Origin: an uncultured Candidatus Saccharibacteria bacterium
GTDB taxonomy: Bacteria; Patescibacteriota; Dojkabacteria; SC72
Direction of reading: 5' to 3'
Length of the DNA stretch: 60,468 nt
NCBI GenBank assembly: GCA_964403155.1
Contig: CAYOEG010000004.1
Span: forward strand, 1 to 60,468
This document shows, in pieces, positions 8,948-17,689 of this stretch. Position numbers and translations under genes: made by a program. Below the pieces are notes generated by a model. It was not told the DNA's origin. It did no database searches and worked only from the letters and a program-made list of their open reading frames with translations. How positions within the stretch are numbered: the first letter of the stretch is position 1; every line of letters begins with the position of its first letter.

Positions 8948-10213
8948 ATGTCAAATCTAAAAGAGAAAATCCTGTCCCTATTTAGGACAAAGGAGATCAG
9001 AAACAAAATCCTGTTTTCACTATTAATCCTAGTAGTGTATCGAGTCTTGTCTGCAATTCCTGTATCAGGAATCCCCGCAGAGGCTTTGATAAAGCTTTTC
9101 GAAGGTACTCAACTAGGGGATGTGTTGTCTACAGTATCTGGAGGTGTATTAGAATCTGCATCTCTTGTCGCAATCGGTTTGACCCCATACATCAATGCTT
9201 CTATTATCTTCCAACTATTAGGAACTGTGATTCCCAAGCTTGAAGAGTTAAGAAAAGAGGGACCCGAAGGGCGAAGAAAGATAAGTATGTATACTAGAAT
9301 TGCAACTGTACCATTGGCTATATTGCAATCATTTGTTATCTATTCGACATTAAGAGGATTTGGGTTAATAGAAACTTTAAGCACGTTAGAGCTTGTAGGT
9401 ATGTCTGCTGCTTTAACAGGAGGATCTATGGTTATGATGTGGTTTAGTGAATTGATCTCAGAACAGGGAGTGGGTGGTGGCTCCTCATATTTGATTATGT
9501 TGGGAATTCTTTCTGGTATTCCAGGTACAGTTAGGACAAATTTTGTTACGATGGATACTTTCCAAAAGATTGTATTTTTTGTGACAGCATTAGTTTTGAT
9601 TATTGTAACAATCATTATTACCCAGGCAGAAAGACGTGTGCCAATACAATACTCTAGAAGGGTAAGAGCAGGCGGTGCTATGGATAGCTATATACCTATC
9701 AAGCTTACCCAATCGGGTGTTATGCCAGTAATCTTTGCAATGTCTCTATTATCTTTCCCTCAATTAATAGCAAAATTCTTGGTTAGTAAGAACTATTCTG
9801 AAAGTGTTACTTACTGGGCAAACAAGGTGATTGAGTGGTTGGGTAATACATATATTTATGAATCCATATCCTTCTTATTTATTATCGCTTTCGCGTTGTT
9901 CTATCTTACTGTTGTGTTTAATACAGATGACTTGTCTGAGAATCTTCAAAAACAGGGTGCTTTCATACAGGGTGTTAGACCAGGTAACAATACTTCAGAT
10001 TATCTTAGAAAAACAGCACTAAGACTTAATGTAGTAGGCGCAATCTTCTTAGCACTGGTTTCTGTCTTGCCAAGCTTTATGATTCACTTTGGACTCATGA
10101 CAGCGAGCGTGATCACAGGTACGGGCTTGTTAATTGTCATCGGTGTGGTACTTGATATGAAGAGACAGGCAGAATCAATGATGGTTGTAAGAAGATACGA
10201 CAAGTATCTCTAA
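8948..10213 (+). CDS. secY: Preprotein translocase subunit SecY
   Basis: 421 aa and multi-TM. EIRNKILFSLLILVVYRVLSAIPVSGI, PYINASIIFQLL and the position after rplO support the call. Confidence 0.95.
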   Translation: MSNLKEKILSLFRTKEIRNKILFSLLILVVYRVLSAIPVSGIPAEALIKLFEGTQLGDVLSTVSGGVLESASLVAIGLTPYINASIIFQLLGTVIPKLEELRKEGPEGRRKISMYTRIATVPLAILQSFVIYSTLRGFGLIETLSTLELVGMSAALTGGSMVMMWFSELISEQGVGGGSSYLIMLGILSGIPGTVRTNFVTMDTFQKIVFFVTALVLIIVTIIITQAERRVPIQYSRRVRAGGAMDSYIPIKLTQSGVMPVIFAMSLLSFPQLIAKFLVSKNYSESVTYWANKVIEWLGNTYIYESISFLFIIAFALFYLTVVFNTDDLSENLQKQGAFIQGVRPGNNTSDYLRKTALRLNVVGAIFLALVSVLPSFMIHFGLMTASVITGTGLLIVIGVVLDMKRQAESMMVVRRYDKYL

Positions 10214-10220
10214 TATAATA

Positions 10221-10903
10221 GACGCTTCGCTGATCCGAAAACCATTGTGGTATAAGACACTATATGGGTTTTTGCAAGAAGTTCTGATTCCTATAGGCCC
10301 ACAAATCCCTAGCTATTCTCGATCTAAAGCTCTTTTTGTAAGTGTATGCTCCAATAAAAAATCATTTCGATAAATCCAGGGATAACCTTCTGGGAAATTT
10401 ATGGCAATTTTTCTCGGATTATTAATCACATATGCATATGTCAAAATGATAGCATCATCTCCAATAACCCATTTCCTTTTGTAAGTACCTTGAAATAGGT
10501 GGCCCGTTAATCCATATTTTTCATTGTAGTATTTTGTGTAGGCGGAGCAGATTATATGCATAGCCCGACTGAGGGTTTCTTTGCCAGTCTGAGATACGAG
10601 GATGTGGTAGTGGTTTGGCATCAAACAAAAACATAGCAGTTCATAACTTCGAACGTTTAGGATACTCCTTGTAAGATCGAACAAAAAGTCATAATCTTTA
10701 AGCTCATTGCCGATTTTACACCGACGATTCCCTCGTCCATAAATATGATAAATCCGGTTGATCTTAGGTGCTTTATACCCCATTCGAACAATATACTCTT
10801 TTTGTATGAAATTAATCTGAATCAAGCCATATAGTAAATAAAAATAGCACAATATCCCCAATAGTATTTTATGCTACAATGGTTCTTGTATAAGCTAAGC
10901 GTC
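10221..10903. mobile_element. Compact Y1-transposase element bounded by 53-nt imperfect inverted repeats (REP/RAYT-like), inserted between secY and adk
   Basis: The left repeat 10221-10273 and the reverse complement of 10851-10903 align without gaps at 40/53 positions by hand. The outer 33 nt match at 26/33 (GACGCTTCGCTGATCCGAAAACCATTGTGGTAT versus GACGCTTAGCTTATACAAGAACCATTGTAGCAT). The repeats enclose a single HUH transposase gene. Confidence 0.6.
10313..10783 (-). CDS. HUH/Y1 tyrosine transposase, IS200/RAYT-like (COG1943-type)
   Basis: It has the HUH motif MPNHYHILV, GHLFQGTYKRK and YVINNP with the catalytic-Tyr context. The ORF track starts at 10861. By alignment with the two paralogs (..IYRRN.YHI.NRGN..), the ATG at 10783 (MGYKAPKINRIYHIYGRGNRR) is the likelier start. 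Confidence 0.8.
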   Translation of the reverse strand: MGYKAPKINRIYHIYGRGNRRCKIGNELKDYDFLFDLTRSILNVRSYELLCFCLMPNHYHILVSQTGKETLSRAMHIICSAYTKYYNEKYGLTGHLFQGTYKRKWVIGDDAIILTYAYVINNPRKIAINFPEGYPWIYRNDFLLEHTLTKRALDRE

Positions 10904-10919
10904 AAAAGATTAAATACAT

Positions 10920-11567
10920 ATGAAGACATTACTTTTTCATGGTCCCTCAGGATGTGGTAAGGATACGCAAGCAGATCTTTTAGTCAATAATTTTGGTTTT
11001 CAAAAAATTGGAACGGGCGATATGTTCCGAAGTATGTATGAAAATGGTGACATTGACGGAATTAAAGCGCATGAGTCTTGGGGAAGGGGAGTATTTGTTC
11101 CTGATGAATTGACATACAAAATGTTTCCTTTGTGGTTAAAGAAGTTTGATATGTCTAAGGATTGGGTGTTTCTCTCTGTAGTACGAAGTGTAGGCCAAAT
11201 ATCTTTGTTTGATAATCTACTTAAAGAAACGGGAAGAGAATTGACAGCATTTGTACATTTGAAACTTACAGAAGATATTGTAATTGAAAGACGAACTTTA
11301 AGGTGGACATGCCCTAATTGTGGAGCAACTTACCACAAGAAACACAAACCAGAAGCGCACTTAGGGTATTGTGATGATTGTGGAATGATGCTTGGTCAAA
11401 GAGAAGATGATACGCTCGAAAAAACGAAATCTTTGTACCAAGAATATGTAAAGGGCGCAGAACCAATACTTTCAGAATATAGAGCGAGAGGAATTCTCGT
11501 TGAAGTGGATGCAAGTCCATCAATAGAGGAGATTCATAAAGACATAATAAGCAAATTAAGCTTGTAA
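10920..11567 (+). CDS. adk: Adenylate kinase (zinc-lid type)
   Basis: 215 aa with the P-loop FHGPSGCGKDTQ and a lid carrying CPNCG...CDDCG. It is in the canonical post-secY position. Confidence 0.92.
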   Translation: MKTLLFHGPSGCGKDTQADLLVNNFGFQKIGTGDMFRSMYENGDIDGIKAHESWGRGVFVPDELTYKMFPLWLKKFDMSKDWVFLSVVRSVGQISLFDNLLKETGRELTAFVHLKLTEDIVIERRTLRWTCPNCGATYHKKHKPEAHLGYCDDCGMMLGQREDDTLEKTKSLYQEYVKGAEPILSEYRARGILVEVDASPSIEEIHKDIISKLSL

Positions 11568-11642
11568 ATAATCGAAATATTTGTTATTCTATCCCTGTTC
11601 CGTTGTGTCTCACGAGAATATCTACAGAATTAGCATTTTCTG

Positions 11643-11671
11643 TTGAAAGGATGCTCTTCTTTTGATATAAT
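11643..11671 (+). promoter_or_regulatory. Sigma70-type promoter upstream of infA
   Basis: TTGAAA (11643-11648), a 17-nt spacer and TATAAT (11666-11671) with an extended TG at 11663-11664. It lies ~34 nt upstream of the infA ATG. Confidence 0.55.
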
Positions 11672-11704
11672 TCTTGGGATTCATTTACATAGAAAGACTA
11701 TAAT

Positions 11705-11938
11705 ATGATCGATAGTAAAAAAGTGTATGAGTTTGAAGGCGTAGTAAAAGAATGTCTTCCTAATACTCAATTCGTAATCGAAATAGATGTAAATGGAAAA
11801 AAACATAATGTGATAGGATACCTCTCTGGTAAAATGCGAATGCATTTCATTAGAATCCTTGAGGGAGACAAAGTAAAGATTGAAATGACTCCGTATGATA
11901 AGGAAAAAGGTAGAATTACTTTTAGATCAATGAATTAA
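11705..11938 (+). CDS. infA: Translation initiation factor IF-1
   Basis: 77 aa with an S1-like fold sequence ([17 protein letters not shown]...[28 protein letters not shown]). Confidence 0.95.
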   Translation: MIDSKKVYEFEGVVKECLPNTQFVIEIDVNGKKHNVIGYLSGKMRMHFIRILEGDKVKIEMTPYDKEKGRITFRSMN

Positions 11939-11939
11939 A

Positions 11940-12056
11940 ATGAAAGTCCAAGCTTCTGTAAAAAAGAGATGTCCAGATTGCTATACAGTGAAAAGAGGTA
12001 GGAGAGTTTTCGTATATTGCAAAAAGAATCCTAAGCATAAACAGAGACAGGGCTAA
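11940..12056 (+). CDS. rpmJ: 50S ribosomal protein L36
   Basis: Not in the ORF track because it is under 60 aa. My own translation gives [38 protein letters not shown] (38 aa), the classic zinc-type bL36, located between infA and rpsM. Confidence 0.92.
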   Translation: MKVQASVKKRCPDCYTVKRGRRVFVYCKKNPKHKQRQG

Positions 12057-12083
12057 TTAATTTATTTATATACTCGAATTTAA

Positions 12084-12467
12084 ATGGCAAGAGTCGCAGG
12101 AATTGAGATAACAAATGACAAGAAATTATGGGTGGCATTGATGGGTGTCTATGGTATTGGTACAAAAAGAGCACATGACATTTGTAAAGATACTAATCTC
12201 GACGAAAATATGTTTGTTAAAGATTTAACAGAAACTCAGTTAGATGTTGTCAGAAAATATATTGAAGAGAACTATGAAGTAGAAGGTGCGTTAAGACAGA
12301 GTATCTTCAGAGATGTCAAAAGACTCAAAGATATAAGATGCTACAGAGGGATAAGGCATAAGCTTGGTCTTCCTGTAAGAGGTCAAAGAACAAGACACAA
12401 TGCTCATACTAGAAAAGGAAAGAGTAGAGCAGTTGGAGGGTTAAAGAGAGTTCTCGCAAAAACTTAA
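12084..12467 (+). CDS. rpsM: 30S ribosomal protein S13
   Basis: 127 aa. ARVAGIEI...YRGIRHKLGLPVRGQRTRHNAHTRKG is typical uS13. Confidence 0.95.
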   Translation: MARVAGIEITNDKKLWVALMGVYGIGTKRAHDICKDTNLDENMFVKDLTETQLDVVRKYIEENYEVEGALRQSIFRDVKRLKDIRCYRGIRHKLGLPVRGQRTRHNAHTRKGKSRAVGGLKRVLAKT

Positions 12468-12485
12468 CATCATTAAAATATTTAA

Positions 12486-12872
12486 ATGGCAGAAGCTAAG
12501 ACAAAGAAAAAAACAAAGAAGAGTGTCAGCACAGGAATGGTTTTTGTTCAGTCTACATTCAACAATACAATCATTACTTTAACGGATGAAGCAGGTGAGG
12601 TTTTGGGTCAGGGAAGTCCAAGTGCAGTTGGTTTTAAGGGTGCAAAAAGAAGTACCGCATTTGCAGCTACAAAAGCAGCTACAGAATTAGCAGAGAGAGT
12701 TGTTAAGAAATATGGATTAAAAGAGGTAAAAGCTTTCATAAGTGGTCCAGGTGCAGGTAGAAACTCTGCAATCAAAGGACTTGATGCAGCTGGAATCAAA
12801 GTTACTATGCTTGTAGATAGAACACCTATTCCTCACAATGGTTGCAGACCAAGAAAGTTACCAAGAAAATAG
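12486..12872 (+). CDS. rpsK: 30S ribosomal protein S11
   Basis: 128 aa. VFVQSTFNNTIITLTD...GPGAGRNSAIKGL...DRTPIPHNGCRPRK is typical uS11. Confidence 0.95.
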   Translation: MAEAKTKKKTKKSVSTGMVFVQSTFNNTIITLTDEAGEVLGQGSPSAVGFKGAKRSTAFAATKAATELAERVVKKYGLKEVKAFISGPGAGRNSAIKGLDAAGIKVTMLVDRTPIPHNGCRPRKLPRK

Positions 12873-12898
12873 TTAATATTTATTACGAAATCATATAA

Positions 12899-13510
12899 AT
12901 GGGTAGATATACAGGACCAAAAGAAAAACTAAGCAGAAGAGAGGGAGTGAATCTTCATCTTAAAGGTGAAAGATCTTTCTCAGAGAAAGCTGGTGTAAAT
13001 AGAAGACCTTTTGCTCCTGGCCAACATGGTAATGCTAGAAAAGCAAGATTATCTAACTATGGACTCCAATTAAGAGAAAAGCAGAAAGTTAAAAGAACTT
13101 ACGGTTTGAGAGAGAGAAAGATGAAGACTGTGTATGTAGAAGCAGATAGAAGAGCTAAAACAAGAAATACGGATAAAGGATTGGAGCTTTTGAAGATGTT
13201 GGAACTGAGATTAGATAATGTTGTTTACCTAGCAGGTTTAGTTCCTTCAAGAGGAGCTGCTAGACAGGCTGTCACACATGGACATATATTGGTCAATGAT
13301 AAAAAGATGTCTATCCCTTCATATGAACTTAAAGAGGGTGATAAAGTAACATTGAAAACTGCAAAACTTGCACCTGCACAGCCACTATTCTCTACACCTG
13401 AATGGTTGGAGAGAAAAGATTTGAACTGTAAGGTATCAAGAATGCCAATTAGAGAAGATATAGATGAGGGCATTAAAGAAAATCTCATCATCGAGTTCTA
13501 CTCTAGATAA
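12899..13510 (+). CDS. rpsD: 30S ribosomal protein S4
   Basis: 203 aa. GRYTGPKEKLSRREG at the N-terminus and an S4 RNA-binding domain (LRLDNVVYLAGLVPSRGAARQAVTHGHILVN). Confidence 0.95.
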   Translation: MGRYTGPKEKLSRREGVNLHLKGERSFSEKAGVNRRPFAPGQHGNARKARLSNYGLQLREKQKVKRTYGLRERKMKTVYVEADRRAKTRNTDKGLELLKMLELRLDNVVYLAGLVPSRGAARQAVTHGHILVNDKKMSIPSYELKEGDKVTLKTAKLAPAQPLFSTPEWLERKDLNCKVSRMPIREDIDEGIKENLIIEFYSR

Positions 13511-13531
13511 TTTTATACATTTACAAACTAC

Positions 13532-14494
13532 ATGGAAGCTTTTAAAGATATTAAGGTAGTAATCAAAGAAGAAAACGAAAACTATGGTCTTTTTGAGATC
13601 TCTCCTCTTCCAAGAGGATATGGTCATACTTTGGGAAATGCACTTAGAAGAATTCTTTACTCTAGTTTAAAGGGTACTGGAATCACAAGTGTTAAGATCA
13701 AAGGTGTAGATCATGAATATTCCACAATGGATGGGGTAAAAGAGAATGTAGTTGATATCATCATGAACCTCAAGCAGGTAAAATTCAAAACCAATATGGA
13801 TGAGAAATTTACATGCAAGATAAATGCAAAGGGGAAAACTGTTATCAAAGCTTCCGATATTGCAGTATCCGGTGATTTAGAGGTAGTAAATAAAGATTTG
13901 ATAATCGCGACTTTGACAGATGCATCTTCAAAATTTGATGCAGAGATAACAGTTGAGTCAGGAGTTGGATATTTAGATGCAAAGAATGCAGACAGAAAAG
14001 AAGTTGGACTAATTCCTATGGATTGTGATTTCACACCAATCGAAAAGATAAGCCTAAGTGTAGAGCAGGCTCGTAAGGGTCAGGCTACAGACTGGGATGC
14101 AGTATTAATAGGTGTTACTTCTGATGGAAGTATTACTCCTAAAGATGCGCTCTTAGAATCATCTAAGATTCTTCAGGAATTCTCAGGAAAAGTAATGATT
14201 GCAATGGGAATGTCACAGAAGGAAGTTGTTGAATTAGCAGAAGAAGCAAATACTGCAGAGGTTGTAGCAGAAGTATCTGCAGATGAGACTGATGAAATCG
14301 GATCATGGAAGATTGAAGATTTACCAATCTCAAAGAGATCAAAAACTGGTCTTTTAGCTGGGAACTTCAAAACTATTGCAGATTTGAGAAATACAACTGC
14401 AACAGAGCTTTTGAACTTACCAGGATTTGGTAACAAATCCTTGAATGAAGTTATAGAACTTTTAAATCAATACGGTGTTAACATTAAGAGCTAA
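13532..14494 (+). CDS. rpoA: DNA-directed RNA polymerase subunit alpha
   Basis: 320 aa. The N-terminal domain has ISPLPRGYGHTLGNALRRILYSS and the C-terminal domain has LPISKRSKTGL...LNLPGFGNKSLNEV. Position after rpsD. Confidence 0.93.
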   Translation: MEAFKDIKVVIKEENENYGLFEISPLPRGYGHTLGNALRRILYSSLKGTGITSVKIKGVDHEYSTMDGVKENVVDIIMNLKQVKFKTNMDEKFTCKINAKGKTVIKASDIAVSGDLEVVNKDLIIATLTDASSKFDAEITVESGVGYLDAKNADRKEVGLIPMDCDFTPIEKISLSVEQARKGQATDWDAVLIGVTSDGSITPKDALLESSKILQEFSGKVMIAMGMSQKEVVELAEEANTAEVVAEVSADETDEIGSWKIEDLPISKRSKTGLLAGNFKTIADLRNTTATELLNLPGFGNKSLNEVIELLNQYGVNIKS

Positions 14495-14499
14495 AAATC

Positions 14500-15027
14500 A
14501 TGTACAAAGGTGTAAAGAAATCAAAATTAGGTAGAAAAGCATCAAACAGAAAAGCATTGATGATCAATCAGATTAGATCTTTGTTTGAAAGTGGACATGT
14601 TGTTACTACCTCTCCTAAGGCGAAGGTATTGAAAACAAATGCAGAGTCTATGATTTCTTTAGGGAAGAAGAATAAAGGAATGCTTTCTTTGAGAAGAGAA
14701 TTGGCAGTTACATTGAAAGATGAGAAGTTAGTAAAGAAATTCATAGAATATGTTGAGAAGGCAGAAACTGGAGTAAGAATTGTTAAGATTGGCTTCAGAA
14801 AAGGTGACAATGGAGAGAAATCTAGAATTGAGTTAATTGGAATGGAAAAGAAAACCAAGAAAATAGTTAAGAAAGCAGTAGGGAAGAAAGAAGAAGTTAA
14901 GGAAGAAGAGAAACCGTCCATAGTTAAGAGTGCTAAGAAATTAGTAATGAAGGATAGTGGTAAGGGAATAGATAAGAGTACTGTAGTTAAAAAAGCAGAG
15001 AGAGCAAAGTCTCGATCAGGACTTTAA
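14500..15027 (+). CDS. rplQ: 50S ribosomal protein L17 (Lys-rich C-terminal extension)
   Basis: 175 aa. LGRKASNRKALMINQIRSLFESGHVVTT is the bL17 N-terminus, followed by a K/E-rich tail. Confidence 0.9.
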   Translation: MYKGVKKSKLGRKASNRKALMINQIRSLFESGHVVTTSPKAKVLKTNAESMISLGKKNKGMLSLRRELAVTLKDEKLVKKFIEYVEKAETGVRIVKIGFRKGDNGEKSRIELIGMEKKTKKIVKKAVGKKEEVKEEEKPSIVKSAKKLVMKDSGKGIDKSTVVKKAERAKSRSGL

Positions 15028-15044
15028 TTAATTAGAAAATACGA

Positions 15045-15479
15045 ATGAAATACAAAACACCTTGGACAAAAAAAGAAGCAATTGAAAGAAAGTGGTATGT
15101 AATTGATGTCAAAGACCAGATTCTTGGAAGAGCTACTACAAAGATAGCATCTCTTTTAATCGGAAAAGCAAAGGTAGAAGCAGTTCCTAATGAGGATTGT
15201 GGAGACTATGTTATTGTTCTTAACTCTGATGCGATCAAACTTACTAGAGGAAAAGAATTGAAGAAAGAATATAACAGACATTCTGGATATCCTGGTGGAT
15301 TGAAAACTATCAGATTTGATGAGCAATTAAAGAAGGATTCTACAAAAATTATTAGAGATGCAGTATCTAAGATGCTTCCTCAGAATAAACATGTAGATCC
15401 AAGATTAGCAAGACTATTCATATACAAGGGAGCTGAGCATAAGCAAAGTGGTCAGAAACCTGTTGAGATTAAATTTTAA
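15045..15479 (+). CDS. rplM: 50S ribosomal protein L13
   Basis: 144 aa. RKWYVIDVKDQILGRATTKIASLLIGK...HSGYPGGLK is typical uL13. Confidence 0.93.
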   Translation: MKYKTPWTKKEAIERKWYVIDVKDQILGRATTKIASLLIGKAKVEAVPNEDCGDYVIVLNSDAIKLTRGKELKKEYNRHSGYPGGLKTIRFDEQLKKDSTKIIRDAVSKMLPQNKHVDPRLARLFIYKGAEHKQSGQKPVEIKF

Positions 15480-15490
15480 GTATATAAACC

Positions 15491-15883
15491 GTGGAGAAAT
15501 ATTTTGAAGGAATCGGAAGAAGAAAAACATCTACAGCAAGAGTAAGAATATACAAGGGTGATAAGGCATCTACAATTAATGGTGTCCCAGCGGTTGATTA
15601 CTTAAAGGAGATGAATAAATCTGAGCTGTACATCATCAAACCATTAACAGTTGTTGGTTTAGAAAAACAGTACTACTTTACAGCTAAGGTACAGGGTGGT
15701 GGTATTACAGGTCAGGCTGATGCTATTAGACTTGGTCTTGCAAGAGCTATAAACGAAATGAATCCTGAGGTTAAACCTACACTCAGAAAAGAGAATCTTC
15801 TAACTAGAGACCCAAGAGAGGTTGAGAGAAAGAAGTATAACAGAAGAAAAGCAAGAAAGAAGCCACAGTTCTCAAAGAGATAG
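15491..15883 (+). CDS. rpsI: 30S ribosomal protein S9
   Basis: 130 aa with a GTG start. GIGRRKTSTARVRI...GGGITGQADAIRLGLARA...RDPREVERKKYNRRKARK is typical uS9. Confidence 0.93.
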   Translation: MEKYFEGIGRRKTSTARVRIYKGDKASTINGVPAVDYLKEMNKSELYIIKPLTVVGLEKQYYFTAKVQGGGITGQADAIRLGLARAINEMNPEVKPTLRKENLLTRDPREVERKKYNRRKARKKPQFSKR

Positions 15884-15951
15884 TTTCTTGTTTGCTATCA
15901 ATTTCCAGATATCGTAGTATTAATCTGTATATAAGTTGATATTGCGTATAT

Positions 15952-16815
15952 ATGGATAAATCATCAAAGAAGTATTGGATATTAGCTTTGGTTATACCTT
16001 TCACCATGGTAGGTATGTTTGTAGCATACATGATTGTCTCATATGCTCAGAAAACAGCGAATTCGGCTACAGAGAATTCAATTTCTATCCAATACCCCGG
16101 AATGGCGGAAGATTCATACTATGGTGGCACATATAAATTACCAAGTTCAAATGGTGGTGATACTGTGATTAAGACAGCATATATTTCAATGTCAGCTGAT
16201 GATATGAATGCAACAAATGCTTCGATACAGAGTTTGGAAACAGAATATAATGCGGAGACGACAAGCTCTCAAGATTCTGGACAAGGAGCAGATAGGTATA
16301 TAAATATAACAATTAAAGTAGAACAGGTTAAATTCGAAGAATTTTATAATGAACTGAAAGCACTTTCAGGTGAATTTACATATTCTTCAACAAGTACTAC
16401 AGATGTAACTGAAACAGTTGAGGATCTTCAAGCAAGGCTAAACAATCTCCAGTCCCTAGAAACACAGCTAAGTGATGTTCTAAAACAAGCAGAAACAGTA
16501 ACTGATATCCTAGCTGTACAAAAAGAGCTTTCCACAACGAGGACTCAAATAGAGGAACTGCAGACTCAAATTAAGAATTTAAATAACCAAACGAGTTATT
16601 CCTATATAACTATATCCATCTCACAAAGCGCAACAGGGTCGGAGCTTTCTGATGAGGAATGGAAACCATTTGGAGTATTGAAAGAAGCGGGGAGAGCTTT
16701 AGTCAGCTTTGCGAAATTCTTAGGTACAGGTCTAATCTATGTCTTGGTATTTTCACCTGTAATTGCTGCAGTGGTTGTACCAGTCATCATTATTCAGAAA
16801 AAGGCTAAAAAATAG
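15952..16815 (+). CDS. Membrane-anchored DUF4349-like coiled-coil protein
   Basis: 287 aa with N- and C-terminal TM helices. The central segment VEDLQARLNNLQSLETQLSDVLKQAETVTDILAVQKELSTTRTQIEELQ...SYSYITISI matches my memory of DUF4349 architecture. Confidence 0.55.
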   Translation: MDKSSKKYWILALVIPFTMVGMFVAYMIVSYAQKTANSATENSISIQYPGMAEDSYYGGTYKLPSSNGGDTVIKTAYISMSADDMNATNASIQSLETEYNAETTSSQDSGQGADRYINITIKVEQVKFEEFYNELKALSGEFTYSSTSTTDVTETVEDLQARLNNLQSLETQLSDVLKQAETVTDILAVQKELSTTRTQIEELQTQIKNLNNQTSYSYITISISQSATGSELSDEEWKPFGVLKEAGRALVSFAKFLGTGLIYVLVFSPVIAAVVVPVIIIQKKAKK

Positions 16816-16824
16816 TATAATCAA

Positions 16825-17130
16825 GGGTGCAAGTATCTCTAGATGATTGCTCTTACTACTTAGTAAGGGAGGAAAGTCCGGACTCTATGTCGGTCTCGAA
16901 TATTTCGAGATAGGTGCCAGCGTGAGCTGGGAGGGAGTGATCTTTCGGATAAAAGGGCAACAGAAAGTTATACCGCCTCGTAAGAGGTAAGGGTGAAATG
17001 GTAGTGTAAGAGACTACCGGGTATTGTAGTAATACAATATCGCGTGGTAACCCCCACCTAGAGCAAGGTTTATACCGCTTAGATAGATAATCATCATAAA
17101 CAGAATTCGGCTTATTGGGTACTTGCACAC
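16825..17130 (+). ncRNA. rnpB: RNase P RNA, bacterial type A (compact)
   Basis: It has the conserved blocks GGAGGAAAGTCCGGAC (P4 5' strand), AGGGTGAAATGGTAGTGTAAGAGACTACC (CR-II/III-like) and AAACAGAATTCGGCTTAT (P4 3' strand). P1 pairs GTGCAAGTA at 16828-16836 with TACTTGCAC at 17120-17128. The minus-strand ORF 16856-17128 is therefore spurious. Confidence 0.87.
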
Positions 17131-17144
17131 TTTCACACCCTGCA

Positions 17145-17687
17145 GATCTGATCTAGATCAGTTCTCTGTTCAGAAACATTTCACACTAGAATGTTATCTT
17201 TTGACATGAAGAAACCTCGGAATATCTTTATATACAGAAGAAACGCTTATTATCATATCTTCAATAGGGGAAACCGGAAAGAAAATATCTTCATCGTAGA
17301 AAAGGATTATCAAATATTTTGTGATTTACTTTATAAATATATTCGCAAAAACAAGCTTATTCTAATATCGTATTGTTTTATGCCTAATCATTATCATCTT
17401 ATTGTGAAAAGTGGCAAAGACTGTTCTGTGGTTACCAAGTTTATGAGAGCATTCATGGTCGCTTATGCAATGTATTTCAATAGGAAACACAATAAAGTAG
17501 GGCACCTCTTTCAAGGGCCATTCCAAGTCCGAAGAATATTGGGACTAAAAGATTTGAATGGAGTAATTACCTATTTGAAGATTAATCCTTTGGAAGCAGA
17601 TCTTATAGGTGGCAAGGAACTAGAATCGTATCGCTGGTATTTCCTTCGAGATGAAAAATCTGTGAATAAGGATCAGATCTAGAACGG
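17145..17687. mobile_element. Y1-transposase gene flanked by GATC-rich palindromic repeats (tentative element bounds)
   Basis: GATCTGATCTAGATCAG (17145-17161, containing the perfect 14-nt palindrome CTGATCTAGATCAG) lies upstream. GATCAGATCTAGAACGG (17671-17687) spans the stop codon. About 14 of 17 positions are identical as a direct repeat. Confidence 0.35.
17191..17682 (+). CDS. HUH/Y1 tyrosine transposase, IS200/RAYT-like
   Basis: 163 aa with MPNHYHLIV (HUH), GHLFQGPFQVRR and ITYLKINPLEADLI. It is a close paralog of 49285-49770 and a distant paralog of 10313-10783. Confidence 0.8.
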   Translation: MLSFDMKKPRNIFIYRRNAYYHIFNRGNRKENIFIVEKDYQIFCDLLYKYIRKNKLILISYCFMPNHYHLIVKSGKDCSVVTKFMRAFMVAYAMYFNRKHNKVGHLFQGPFQVRRILGLKDLNGVITYLKINPLEADLIGGKELESYRWYFLRDEKSVNKDQI

Positions 17688-17689
17688 AT

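Noticed and set aside
10784-10861. The longer N-terminus (MGILCYFYLLYGLIQINFIQKEYIVR) of the first Y1 transposase.
   Set aside because: The two paralogs have no counterpart to it, it overlaps the right 53-nt inverted repeat, and it is hydrophobic junk-like sequence. The internal ATG aligns with the paralog N-termini.
16856-17128. A 90-aa minus-strand ORF.
   Set aside because: It lies entirely within the RNase P RNA gene on the opposite strand and is therefore spurious.
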